Origin: an uncultured Pirellulales bacterium
Lineage (GTDB): Bacteria; Planctomycetota; Phycisphaerae; Sedimentisphaerales; SM23-30
Length of the DNA stretch: 64,000 nt
Direction: 5' to 3'
Assembly (NCBI GenBank): GCA_964580995.1
Contig: CAZOMV010000003.1
Location: 13,073-77,072 of the forward strand
The notes beneath the pieces were generated by a model, which was not told where the DNA came from, ran no database searches, and saw nothing but the letters and a program-made list of their open reading frames with translations. Shown piece after piece: positions 18,225-27,730 of this stretch (the stretch's first letter is position 1; every line of letters begins with the position of its first letter). Position numbers and translations under genes: made by a program.

Positions 18225-19784
18225 TTAATTTAGATTCATCGTCATCAGGAACTCCGCATTGCTCTTGACCTTATTCAGCCGGCTTTTCAACAGCTCAATC
18301 GCCTCCACCGGATTCATATCGCTTAAGACCCGGCGCAGCCGATACACCAGTTCCAGCTCCTTCGGATCCAGCAGCAATTCTTCCTTACGCGTACCGCTGC
18401 GGCTGATATCAATCGCCGGCCACGTCCGGCGATCAACCAGACGGCGGTCCAGGTGCAGTTCCATATTGCCGGTTCCTTTAAACTCTTCAAAGATTACTTC
18501 GTCCATCTTCGATCCGGTCTCGATCAGCGCCGTCGCCAGAATCGTCAGCGATCCGCCATGTTCGATATTCCGGGCCGCCCCGAAGAATTTCTTGGGCTTC
18601 TGCAAAGCGTTCGAATCCACACCACCGGTCAAAATCTTCCCGGAATGCGGTACTTCGGTATTATACGCCCGCGCCAGACGGGTGATCGAATCCAGCAGAA
18701 TCACTACATCATGGCCATACTCCACCAGGCGCTTGGCCTTCTCGATTACCATCTCCGCCACCTGCACATGACGGCTGGCCGGTTCGTCAAAGGTCGAACT
18801 GATAACCTCCACATCATCCGCCGTCGCCCGCTCCATTTCCGTCACTTCTTCCGGCCGTTCATCAATCAGCAGAATAATCAGGTCGACATCCGGATGATTC
18901 GTACTAATGGCATTAGCGATCTTCTGCAACAGAACCGTTTTGCCGGTCCGCGGCGGGGCCACTATCAAACCCCGCTGTCCCTTGCCGATCGGAGTCACAA
19001 TATCCACAATCCGCATATTGATTTCCTGCGGCGATGTCTCCAGATAAAAACGTGCTTCCGGATGCAGCGGCGTCAAATCTTCAAACACCACCTTCTCCGT
19101 CAAGACTTCCGGATCTTCGTAATTGATGGCCTCCACCCGCAGCAGCGCAAAATATTTCTCCGACTCCTTCGGTGGGCGAATCTGCCCGGCCAGAATATTC
19201 CCGTTCCGCAAGCCAAACCGGCGAATCTGCGACGGCGAAACATAAATATCATCCGGACACGGCAGATAATTATAATCCGGACTCCGCAAAAATCCGAACC
19301 CGTCCGGCAATAACTCCAGCACCCCCTCCCCATACATCATCCCGTTCTGCTGAATCCGCTCCTTCAAAATCTTGAAGATCAGTTCCTGCTTCTTCAGGCC
19401 TGTGTATTCCACCAGCCCCTGCTCCTTGGCCAGATCGTGCAGCTTCTCCACCGTCATCTTCTGAAGATCCGTGATATGAAGCTCCCCTTTCTTCACCTCT
19501 TCATATTTCGCGTGCGTCTCCTCATCAATGGAAGAACGGGGCTTTTCTTTCTCTTTCTTTTCCTCCGGCGCCTTCTCTTCCACTACCGGCTGGGCATCCG
19601 CTTTTGGTTCGACTTCCAATTTAAATTCAGGCTCTGGCTCGGCCTCCAAAACGGCTGTTTCCGTTTCTTCTTGCTCTACCGCATCCTCCATCAGAGGCTC
19701 TTCTTTTTTCGAACTTTTTCGTTTAGTCGTCTTCTTTTTCGTACTGGCCTTGGCCATTGAATCTGCTCCTTTAGCTTTTGTCAT
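18225..19784 (-). CDS. rho: Transcription termination factor Rho with a ~100-aa K/E/P-rich N-terminal extension
   Basis: Rho N-terminal helix bundle [28 protein letters not shown]-binding GFGFLR, Walker A APPRTGKT, and [13 protein letters not shown] plus the C-terminal RecA-like core. Confidence 0.95.
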   Translation of the reverse strand: MTKAKGADSMAKASTKKKTTKRKSSKKEEPLMEDAVEQEETETAVLEAEPEPEFKLEVEPKADAQPVVEEKAPEEKKEKEKPRSSIDEETHAKYEEVKKGELHITDLQKMTVEKLHDLAKEQGLVEYTGLKKQELIFKILKERIQQNGMMYGEGVLELLPDGFGFLRSPDYNYLPCPDDIYVSPSQIRRFGLRNGNILAGQIRPPKESEKYFALLRVEAINYEDPEVLTEKVVFEDLTPLHPEARFYLETSPQEINMRIVDIVTPIGKGQRGLIVAPPRTGKTVLLQKIANAISTNHPDVDLIILLIDERPEEVTEMERATADDVEVISSTFDEPASRHVQVAEMVIEKAKRLVEYGHDVVILLDSITRLARAYNTEVPHSGKILTGGVDSNALQKPKKFFGAARNIEHGGSLTILATALIETGSKMDEVIFEEFKGTGNMELHLDRRLVDRRTWPAIDISRSGTRKEELLLDPKELELVYRLRRVLSDMNPVEAIELLKSRLNKVKSNAEFLMTMNLN

Positions 19785-19990
19785 CTGTCTTCCTACAATT
19801 CTGCTTGAAATCCCGTTTTCTCATTTTTCCGGGTGAACCTTCAGGCTTGATTTTTCCTCAACTGTTTATTTGTCAGAATCAGTTGATTTAACTTATGAGG
19901 TAATAATTACTTAACTTTTTTCGCTAAGTAACGCCCACCCCGGGCCACTTCCCATACACCGATTTACGAAACCCGTCTAACAGGAAGCCT

Positions 19991-20602
19991 TCATTCTTTT
20001 TCTAGTACCAAAATAAGTAATTTAGCGACTTGTTTAGCCAAATCGGGGATACTAGATTTGTTCTCTACGATATATTCGGACATTTGGGCCTTCTTGTCCA
20101 GCGCTATTTGAAAATTTTCTATTTTTTTTATCTTTGCCCGGTCCCAATGACCTCGTTTGGCTAGCTGGGCGTAGCGTTTCTCTTCGTCACAGGCGACAAA
20201 TACCACCGCATCGCAATACTCCTGCCAGCCAACCTCATACAACAATGGTACGTCCAATATGATTGCCGCTATCTTACCATCAGAACGGTACTTTTCAATC
20301 AATTCGTCCTGACGCCGCTGGATCAGAGGATGCAGTAAAGACATTAATTTGTCCAACTCCTCCTTATTGGCAAACACCTTATCTGACAAGACTTTATGAT
20401 CTATTTGGCCGGACTCTCCCACTACGCCCGGACCCCATATGGCAACTATCTGATCGATTACATCTTTTTTCCGCAGCAACTCATGATTGAGTTCATCCGC
20501 ACTGATAACCGCACAACCTAAACCGGAAAATAACCCGGCAACTGTGGTTTTACCTGATCCCATTCCGCCAACGATTCCGATTATAGGCTTGTTTTTTCCC
20601 AT
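19991..20602 (-). CDS. coaE: Dephospho-CoA kinase
   Basis: 203 aa. P-loop IGIVGGMGSGKTTVA, a DADE-like block ISADEL, and VPLLYE. Confidence 0.85.
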   Translation of the reverse strand: MGKNKPIIGIVGGMGSGKTTVAGLFSGLGCAVISADELNHELLRKKDVIDQIVAIWGPGVVGESGQIDHKVLSDKVFANKEELDKLMSLLHPLIQRRQDELIEKYRSDGKIAAIILDVPLLYEVGWQEYCDAVVFVACDEEKRYAQLAKRGHWDRAKIKKIENFQIALDKKAQMSEYIVENKSSIPDLAKQVAKLLILVLEKE

Positions 20603-20644
20603 GTCCGCCTTTTTTTCCCTATTTTTTTTGAAATTTTCCCTTTT

Positions 20645-23600
20645 TCAGCGGGTCAGACGGGTAAATCGCCGGGACCCAAGGGCAATTTGATCGGTCCCTT
20701 CCGGCCAGAAACTCACGGAAAAGGACAAACTGTCGCGAATGGCATCCAGCCCGAAACTGAACGCACCATACCAGTGCGGAAACTTCCGGATGATCACCAC
20801 CTGAGTATAAGCGTCGCTGCCCCGATCAATGTCATATTGATGGGCCACAGAGAAGGTATATTTGCGATTCAGTTGATAACTGGTTCCCGTTGTCAAGAAG
20901 TGGCTGTCCGCGTTGCGAATCCGCTTGTCCAGCGTACCCTTATCCAGAAAATATTCATACTGGTTGCGAAACGGATCCCCGTTACGCAAATAAAGCGTCC
21001 CCACATAATAACTCATCCGCGGTGTTCGCTGAACCGCAATGGCGGCGTTGGCCTGACTGATCACCCCGTCATGAACATTGTTATTCATGTCTCCCACCAA
21101 AGCCGTCGTATCCGACATCAGCCACGTCCAGTCCACCTGCGTATGATCGCTCAGGGTCTGATTGATCTGTTCCCGCCGGGCCAAATCCAGATTTGCCAGA
21201 TCGCTGTTTAGAATCGGCTGTTTGCCATATTGCGGTTCCGGTGTCGAAAAGTAAAAACGGTTCGGCAAGTCAAAGTCATCCACATCATGATTCACCAGCG
21301 TAACCGAGGTATCCAATCGCAGAAAATCCACGCTGCGTTTTTCTCCTTCCCGGCCCCGCATCGTCTGCCATCGTTGCCGCAAGGCGAAATTAAATACATC
21401 CTGTGACTCCGCTTCCTCCAGGTCCGAATCTACCCAGAAGGCACTGGCCTCCGGTGTAATGACATGGCGAATCCGGTCCAGATCCCAGAACCGGGACTGG
21501 ACCGTATCATCCACATGCCAAAACTGGGTACTGGCCCGCATCCCGCCCGCTCCCTGCACAAAATTATGATTCTCATCCAGATTCATATCATCATACGCAA
21601 ATGTCCCGATTGCCGTCGGCACCAGCTTAAAATCTCCCGCCTGCAGCGGCAGCCCCACTTCATGCCGGCTCACCCCTAAGGCGTAATCACTCTGATCCAG
21701 CATATCCGGCAGAATGCTATCCTCCCGCCCGTCAAAACCCGACACTTCCCGGCTTCCCGCCCGCTCGCTGATCCGCGAAACATACCCGTCATGGTAATAG
21801 GTAAATTTCTCGAACAAATCCTGGCCGGCCATATGATGTCCCGCCGTCGGCAATTCCGTCATGGTATAATCGAAATCGTTCAATTGCCATTTATTCAGAA
21901 AATCAACCGCCCAGTTGTTCCGCTGCTGCTTGAAATAGACCAGCGTTTCCTGCTCCTTTTCCGTATCGAATTCCCGTTCTTCCCAGCTTTCCAGAAACTC
22001 CGGATCGCTAAAATAGCTGATTTCAAACGTCCCTTGCCAGTCATGGGGAAAAAATTGCCGATGCTGCCACGTCGCCCGGCCGCGCAGCGGATCTTCCGGC
22101 ACAAGGTCATCACGGGAATTCAGACGGCCCAGACTATCCTCGCCCGTATCATGTACCAGATACGTCTTCAAATTCCCAAAATTCGAGGCGGAGGTATAAT
22201 CCATATCAATCCCGGTCCCCGGTCCCCGTTTGCTGAACTCATCCGCTCGCAGCGTCAAATCCACTCCCTTCGGTTCCGTCAACCCCAGCATCGAGGCCAG
22301 CTTCCATTCCGACTCCAGACTCATCCCATAGTCCGATCCGTAACTGGTATGCACACTCTTGAGCGGCACTTTCGCCGGCGAACCCTCCCCTGCCAGCCGA
22401 GGCCACCAGAAAATCGGCACCTCATCCACATTCGCCGTGGTATTCCGTATATCATATTTGATTCGATCCAATTCCTCCGTGGTGGCCGGCGCTTCCCCTT
22501 TTTCATTCAGTGTCGTCAGCTCCACCGTCTCCGCCCGCAATGATACGTGCGGCTTATAAAACTCATCCGTACTGATCTTCACCTTCTCCGCCGAAAATTG
22601 ATTCAGGCTCAATTGCCGGATCTTCTCCGCCCGCACAAAAATCGGCCCCTCATTCTGCGGCGCCGTCATCCGCATCGTCCCGTTCAAAATCAACGCCCGG
22701 TTCCGCATAAAATCATAATATAGCCGTTCCGTCGTAATCTTATATTCTCCCCCTTGCAGCAGCACATCCCCCTCCAGATACACCCCCGTAACCGCCTGCC
22801 CCAGAAACAAATCAATATCCCGCTGATTCGCCTCTGTATTCGGTTCTTCCGGCCGGTTTTTCTTCTCCGAAGCAAGCTGGAGTATCTTCTCCTGCGAATA
22901 AAAAATCACCGCATTTTCCGCCTTCAGTTCCAGCAGCATATCTTCCTGCGCCAAATGCCGGTACACATAAATCCCATCCGTCGCCAGAAACACATCCGAC
23001 CCGTCCGGCTGCTTCTGCGACTGGAACGGACCATACGGCACAATATGAACCGGTTCCCCGCTTTCCAGCTCCTCCGTCATCTCCATCACCTGAACCTCCG
23101 GTTCCGCCGGTTTTACTGGTTCCGCCGGCTTCGCCGGTTCTGCCTTAACCGGTTCCTCGGAAGGCCCGATCTCTTTCCCCACCGGTTCCACCTTGGCCGG
23201 CGCCTCAGAAGGTTCGGTCTCTTTCCCCGCCTCCGAAACCGTCGGCTCAACCACCTCTTCCGGCTGGCTCTGTTGTTGCCGCAGTTTCAATCCCGTTTGA
23301 TAAATCGGCAAATCCGTTCCCGGCTTGTCCACCAGCGTTTCCGCCGTCAGATAAATCCGGCTGCCCGTTTGAAAAACCATCAGCATCCCGCCGGTCTTCT
23401 CCTCCGGCTCAATCCGCCGGTCCTTTTCCCTCAAATCCGCCCGCGTATTGCCCTCCATATACACCGCCAGCAAATTCTGCCGGGTCCCTTTCCCTTCTGA
23501 ACCCACCCGCCGGATCCAGACCACCGCCTTATCTCCTGCAATCTGCCGGCCTTCACCCCGCACGATTACATTTCCCTGCAATACCACCGCATTTTCCCCA

Positions 23601-23746
23601 TCTGCCGTCCGAAACGTCTGCCCATACTGGGCTGTGATTCGCAAAGCATCTGCTTGCAATGCCTCGGCTTCCTCTCCGAATCCCGCTTTCGCTAAAATCG
23701 CCGTCAACAGCACCACATACCCTGCCAGCAGGCCGCACCCAGCCAT
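20645..23746 (-). CDS. LptD-like outer-membrane protein (OstA-like N-domains plus a large beta-barrel) with a P/E-rich linker
   Basis: OstA-like strands (VVLQGNVIVRGEGRQIAGDKAVVWI; YLEGDVLLQGGEYKITTERLYYDF) followed by ~650 aa rich in alternating aromatic/polar residues. The start is uncertain: ATG at 23746 gives the signal-like MAGCGLLAGYVVLLTAILA, and the track starts at 23878. Confidence 0.55.
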   Translation of the reverse strand: MAGCGLLAGYVVLLTAILAKAGFGEEAEALQADALRITAQYGQTFRTADGENAVVLQGNVIVRGEGRQIAGDKAVVWIRRVGSEGKGTRQNLLAVYMEGNTRADLREKDRRIEPEEKTGGMLMVFQTGSRIYLTAETLVDKPGTDLPIYQTGLKLRQQQSQPEEVVEPTVSEAGKETEPSEAPAKVEPVGKEIGPSEEPVKAEPAKPAEPVKPAEPEVQVMEMTEELESGEPVHIVPYGPFQSQKQPDGSDVFLATDGIYVYRHLAQEDMLLELKAENAVIFYSQEKILQLASEKKNRPEEPNTEANQRDIDLFLGQAVTGVYLEGDVLLQGGEYKITTERLYYDFMRNRALILNGTMRMTAPQNEGPIFVRAEKIRQLSLNQFSAEKVKISTDEFYKPHVSLRAETVELTTLNEKGEAPATTEELDRIKYDIRNTTANVDEVPIFWWPRLAGEGSPAKVPLKSVHTSYGSDYGMSLESEWKLASMLGLTEPKGVDLTLRADEFSKRGPGTGIDMDYTSASNFGNLKTYLVHDTGEDSLGRLNSRDDLVPEDPLRGRATWQHRQFFPHDWQGTFEISYFSDPEFLESWEEREFDTEKEQETLVYFKQQRNNWAVDFLNKWQLNDFDYTMTELPTAGHHMAGQDLFEKFTYYHDGYVSRISERAGSREVSGFDGREDSILPDMLDQSDYALGVSRHEVGLPLQAGDFKLVPTAIGTFAYDDMNLDENHNFVQGAGGMRASTQFWHVDDTVQSRFWDLDRIRHVITPEASAFWVDSDLEEAESQDVFNFALRQRWQTMRGREGEKRSVDFLRLDTSVTLVNHDVDDFDLPNRFYFSTPEPQYGKQPILNSDLANLDLARREQINQTLSDHTQVDWTWLMSDTTALVGDMNNNVHDGVISQANAAIAVQRTPRMSYYVGTLYLRNGDPFRNQYEYFLDKGTLDKRIRNADSHFLTTGTSYQLNRKYTFSVAHQYDIDRGSDAYTQVVIIRKFPHWYGAFSFGLDAIRDSLSFSVSFWPEGTDQIALGSRRFTRLTR

Positions 23747-24068
23747 TCTGCCCTGCCGCTCGAAATTTTTTGCCTGATGGTTAATCTTGTTCTGTCCTTG
23801 ATCCTGCTTCACTGGCTGCCCTGCCGCCGCCTTCGCTTTCCCGCAAAAGCACGGTTCACAGAAGTCCTTTATTAACAATGACCTTACGATATTTCATTTC
23901 GGCCTTATTATAATGACCAAAAACGGGATTACCAGCGAAAAAACGCTCTTCGCCCCCATCTTTCCACTGAATCTTCCCTCCCCAATTACCGATGATAATA
24001 CCAAGTGTATTAAACAAAACAGGTTTCCCATAATTATAAGACCCAAAAACTTGCTGAAAGGTGCAAAA

Positions 24069-25220
24069 ATGGCCGCCAAAAAGAAACAGGTGAAAACCAA
24101 AAACCACCCCTCTGTAGCCAAATCCTCGAAAACCCAGATCAAAACCATCGGCGTTCTGACCGGCGGGGGTGACTGCCCCGGCCTCAACGCCGTCGTCCGG
24201 GCCGTTACCAAAACCGCCATCAATAAATATGGCCTGACCGTACTGGGCATCCAGGATGGTTTCCTCGGCCTGATCGAAAAACATATGAGTGTTCTCCGCC
24301 CGGAAGATGTCAGCAATATCCTTACCCAGGGCGGCACGATCCTCGGCACCAGCAATAAGGCCAATCCCAGCAAGTTCCCTATGTACTTTAACGGACAAAA
24401 AAAAATCACCGATGTCCGTGATAACTGTGTCTATAATGCCCGGGAAATGGGTATCGACGCCATCGTCTGCATCGGCGGAGATGGCACCATGTCCGGCGCC
24501 GCCAGCCTGGCCGAAAAAGGCCTGCCCTTCATGGGCGTACCCAAAACCATCGATAATGACCTCTACGGCACGGAAGTCACCTTCGGCTTTAACACCGCTG
24601 TAGTGACCGCCACCGAAGCCATCGATAAGGTTCACACGACCGCTTCCAGCCATCATCGCGTCATGATTGTCGAAGTCATGGGCCGCTATGCCGGCTGGAT
24701 AGCTCTTCATGCCGGGGTCGCCTCCGGCAGTGATATTATCCTCATTCCCGAAATCCCTTATGATTTCGACTTAATATGCAACCATGTCTTGCAGCGCAGT
24801 CGGCATGGAAAACGCTTCAGTATTATCACTGTCGCCGAAGGTGCCATGCCCAAAGGCGGAAAAATGGTTATCCAGAAAATCATTAAGGATTCCCCCGACC
24901 CTCTGCGGCTCGGTGGTATCGCCACAGTCCTGGCCAACCAGATCGAAGCCAAAACCAAACTGGAATGCCGTTCCGTCATCCTCGGCCATGTCCAGCGCGG
25001 CGGAACTCCCTCTGCCTTCGACCGAACCCTGGCTACCAGCTTCGGCAATTATGCCCTTGAACTCCTTATGCAAGGAAAAACCAATCGCCTGGTCGTCCGC
25101 CAGAAAGGCGAACTGGCCGATATCCCCCTGTCCCAGGTCGCCGGACGCATCCGCACGGTGAACCCCGATAACCAACTGGTCCACGCCGCCCGCGCTATCG
25201 GCACCTCCTTCGGCGACTAA
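24069..25220 (+). CDS. pfk: 6-phosphofructokinase (phosphoryl donor not assignable)
   Basis: ATG at 24069. GVLTGGGDCPGLNAVVRAV, CIGGDGTMSGA, GVPKTIDNDL, MGRYAGW. The upstream 52 codons of the track ORF look non-coding. Confidence 0.9.
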   Translation: MAAKKKQVKTKNHPSVAKSSKTQIKTIGVLTGGGDCPGLNAVVRAVTKTAINKYGLTVLGIQDGFLGLIEKHMSVLRPEDVSNILTQGGTILGTSNKANPSKFPMYFNGQKKITDVRDNCVYNAREMGIDAIVCIGGDGTMSGAASLAEKGLPFMGVPKTIDNDLYGTEVTFGFNTAVVTATEAIDKVHTTASSHHRVMIVEVMGRYAGWIALHAGVASGSDIILIPEIPYDFDLICNHVLQRSRHGKRFSIITVAEGAMPKGGKMVIQKIIKDSPDPLRLGGIATVLANQIEAKTKLECRSVILGHVQRGGTPSAFDRTLATSFGNYALELLMQGKTNRLVVRQKGELADIPLSQVAGRIRTVNPDNQLVHAARAIGTSFGD

Positions 25221-25307
25221 CCTCAAAAAGCTCGCCCAAAAACAGGTAAGCTATGGTGCTGAACAGATGGTGGACATGGGGAGCATGGTATCGTATGTCC
25301 ATGGTAA

Positions 25308-26297
25308 TTAAATCGTGCTGAATTTTTTGAGCAGGGCAATATAATCCCGGTAATTGGCCAGTGAGACTTCCGGCGGGGTTTGATGGTCCACGCCGGGAAC
25401 ATAGCCGCCCGATTGCATGACCGGCCGAATCCGTTCAAACTCCTGTTCCAGAGCTGCCTGCCCCCGGTGCATGATGGTTTTGTCAAAAGCGCCTATCATC
25501 TTGAAATCGGGATATTCGTTTCGGATCCTGTTAATATCAACGCCGGCCATGCGTTCCAGGGGCAGCAACCCTTCAAAGCCGACATCGAGGAGCCAGGGGA
25601 TCAGCGGGTAAATATCCCCGTCGGAATCGATCAGGGGGATGATGCCGCGTTTCTTGATCTCCGGAATCAGCCGGCGGTAATAGGGTGCAAGAAACTCGTC
25701 AAACAAATCCTTCGAGAGCATCGGGCCGTGATTGTAGGACATGTCTTCAGCCAGGGTGATAAATACGGGTGTGGCGGACTGGCAGAGCAGGTCCAGCGTT
25801 TTCATGTGGTATTGCAGCAAATCCTCGTTGATCCGGTGCATCAGGGCGGGTTGGTCATAGAAGGCGTATAAATGCGGTTCGATTCCCAGCAAGTTTCGAG
25901 GGTGCCAGAAGAAACCTTCCAAGGCCGCCCACATAATGGTTTGTCCGTCTCTGATCTTCGGCGTCCACTGCTGCATGTCGTTCTCATCAAAAGGGTGATC
26001 GGAAAAAAGGGTATTCGTATTTTTGTAATGCAGATACTCGGTTTCGCCGGCGATGACAGGGGCGCCGTAGCAGGGCGGCTGGGGCAGAGCCGGCGAAAGC
26101 GCTCTGGCCCAGTAGAGCCGCATACTATCCAAGCCCAGATGTTCGGCGATAAGGGTGTTGTCCGTGAGAGTGCGGGGCAGACCTTCCTGATACCAGCGGC
26201 GCAGCGTCTGATCCCACCAGGGCGCCCACTCGATCACCGGCAGCCGGTCCACGGGTTCAAAACATAAAACTTTCCGAAATCGTTCCGCGTTATTCAT
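25308..26297 (-). CDS. Uroporphyrinogen decarboxylase (URO-D)/MtaA-like family protein (second copy)
   Basis: MNNAERFRKVLCFEPVDRLPVIEW is a family-typical N-terminus. 329 aa. No signal peptide. Last gene of the CAZyme operon. Confidence 0.65.
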   Translation of the reverse strand: MNNAERFRKVLCFEPVDRLPVIEWAPWWDQTLRRWYQEGLPRTLTDNTLIAEHLGLDSMRLYWARALSPALPQPPCYGAPVIAGETEYLHYKNTNTLFSDHPFDENDMQQWTPKIRDGQTIMWAALEGFFWHPRNLLGIEPHLYAFYDQPALMHRINEDLLQYHMKTLDLLCQSATPVFITLAEDMSYNHGPMLSKDLFDEFLAPYYRRLIPEIKKRGIIPLIDSDGDIYPLIPWLLDVGFEGLLPLERMAGVDINRIRNEYPDFKMIGAFDKTIMHRGQAALEQEFERIRPVMQSGGYVPGVDHQTPPEVSLANYRDYIALLKKFSTI

Positions 26298-26305
26298 AAG
26301 TCGCC

Positions 26306-27727
26306 TTACCGTGCGATATCGCCGGGATTTTCTGAACCGCCTTGTATTTTTCTCTGATTGATCTGCTGCCTGATTTCGCTGGTTTTTTCTTCGGTTAATG
26401 AATAGAAAAGAGTCAGAATAAAGGCCAGGGAGATGAAAAAGATGGGGACTGCGGCATACAGGATCCGCATATTCAGGATCGTGGCGGCATTTTGCTTAGC
26501 CAGATCAGCGTTGTATCCGGACCAGGTGATGATGTAGCCGCTGCAAACCAGGGTAGCGGCAACCCCGGCCTTGCAGAACCAGGCATACATGGCACTATAC
26601 ATCCCTTCGCGCCGCAGGCCGGTTTTCAGTTCGTCCATATCGCAGATGTCCGCCAGCATGGAGTTAGTAAAAACCCAGATACAGGACAGGCCCGGCGCAC
26701 AGATGGCCAGGGTAAGTAGCTGCAGATAAGGAAATCTGGGCGTATAGAAAAACCAGCTCGTGCAGTATCCGATTACCACCAGCGCCAGGCCGGCCAGCAG
26801 GGCTTTCTTTTTGCCAACCTTAATCCCAAACCAGGCGGCAGCGGGAGTTAGTAACAGACCGGTTATTTGGAAAACACCGCCAGCCACCATGTTTAATAAG
26901 GAAACCGCTTCTTTATCACCGCTATAAACATATGATATGTTAATGTACAATGCCAGAGGATTAGCAAGAAACAAACCCAGCATGAGAGAAAAAGTGATGA
27001 TGCCCAGAAGAAGAAAGGTTTTATTAGAGAATGTCACAGAAAATGCTTTTACAAAGGAAATTTTCTGCTGACTCTGGACAGCGGTTTTTTCCTGCACAAA
27101 AAGAGTGGGAATGATGCCAAATCCAGCAATTAAGAATCCAAAGATTATTCCTACATACCGAATGCCTTTGACATCATCACCACCGCCCAACTGGAACGCT
27201 AACCACCATAACGCCCCCAACAGGGTACCAAAAAGAGCGGCAATAAAAATACGATACGCCATCACCCGGGTGCGTTCATGATAATCCAGGGTAAGCTCCA
27301 GTCCCATTGCCCCCCAGGGGACCGAAAAGATGGCATAAGCGGTGTAATACAAAAACGCCAGAATCATAAAATAAATCCCGATGCCGGTTTTGCTCAAACC
27401 CAAAGGAGGCATCCAGATCAGGGCGAAAAACAAACCACACAGAATCGCCCCTAGAAAAATGAAGGGCTTGCGCCGACCGAATCGGCTACGGGTATTGTCC
27501 GAGATATTCCCAATCAAGGAATCCGATACGGCATCCCACATACGCGGCAGTGCCATGGCCCAGCCCAGAAAACGAGGATCAACACCCAAGGCAACATTAT
27601 AGATGTTCATGGTAAGATAGCCCAGGCCATTTGCCATAAAAGTATCGGTAAACGTGCCGCAGCTCCAGGCGATTTTCCGGCTGGCGGGTACTCGATCGGC
27701 TGGCGGTGTGGGATTTTGATTGGCCAT
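26306..27727 (-). CDS. GPH-family (MelB/glycoside-pentoside-hexuronide) cation symporter
   Basis: 12-TM-like profile. GPH signature PRMWDAVSDSLIGNISDNTRSRFGRRKPFIF. Confidence 0.8.
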   Translation of the reverse strand: MANQNPTPPADRVPASRKIAWSCGTFTDTFMANGLGYLTMNIYNVALGVDPRFLGWAMALPRMWDAVSDSLIGNISDNTRSRFGRRKPFIFLGAILCGLFFALIWMPPLGLSKTGIGIYFMILAFLYYTAYAIFSVPWGAMGLELTLDYHERTRVMAYRIFIAALFGTLLGALWWLAFQLGGGDDVKGIRYVGIIFGFLIAGFGIIPTLFVQEKTAVQSQQKISFVKAFSVTFSNKTFLLLGIITFSLMLGLFLANPLALYINISYVYSGDKEAVSLLNMVAGGVFQITGLLLTPAAAWFGIKVGKKKALLAGLALVVIGYCTSWFFYTPRFPYLQLLTLAICAPGLSCIWVFTNSMLADICDMDELKTGLRREGMYSAMYAWFCKAGVAATLVCSGYIITWSGYNADLAKQNAATILNMRILYAAVPIFFISLAFILTLFYSLTEEKTSEIRQQINQRKIQGGSENPGDIAR

Positions 27728-27730
27728 AAT

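Noticed and set aside
23856-24710. 284-aa minus-strand ORF overlapping the pfk gene and the lptD-pfk intergenic region.
   Set aside because: It is antisense to the unmistakable PFK reading frame, with a G/A/D/F-rich translation and no motif. Accepting it would leave pfk without a start region.
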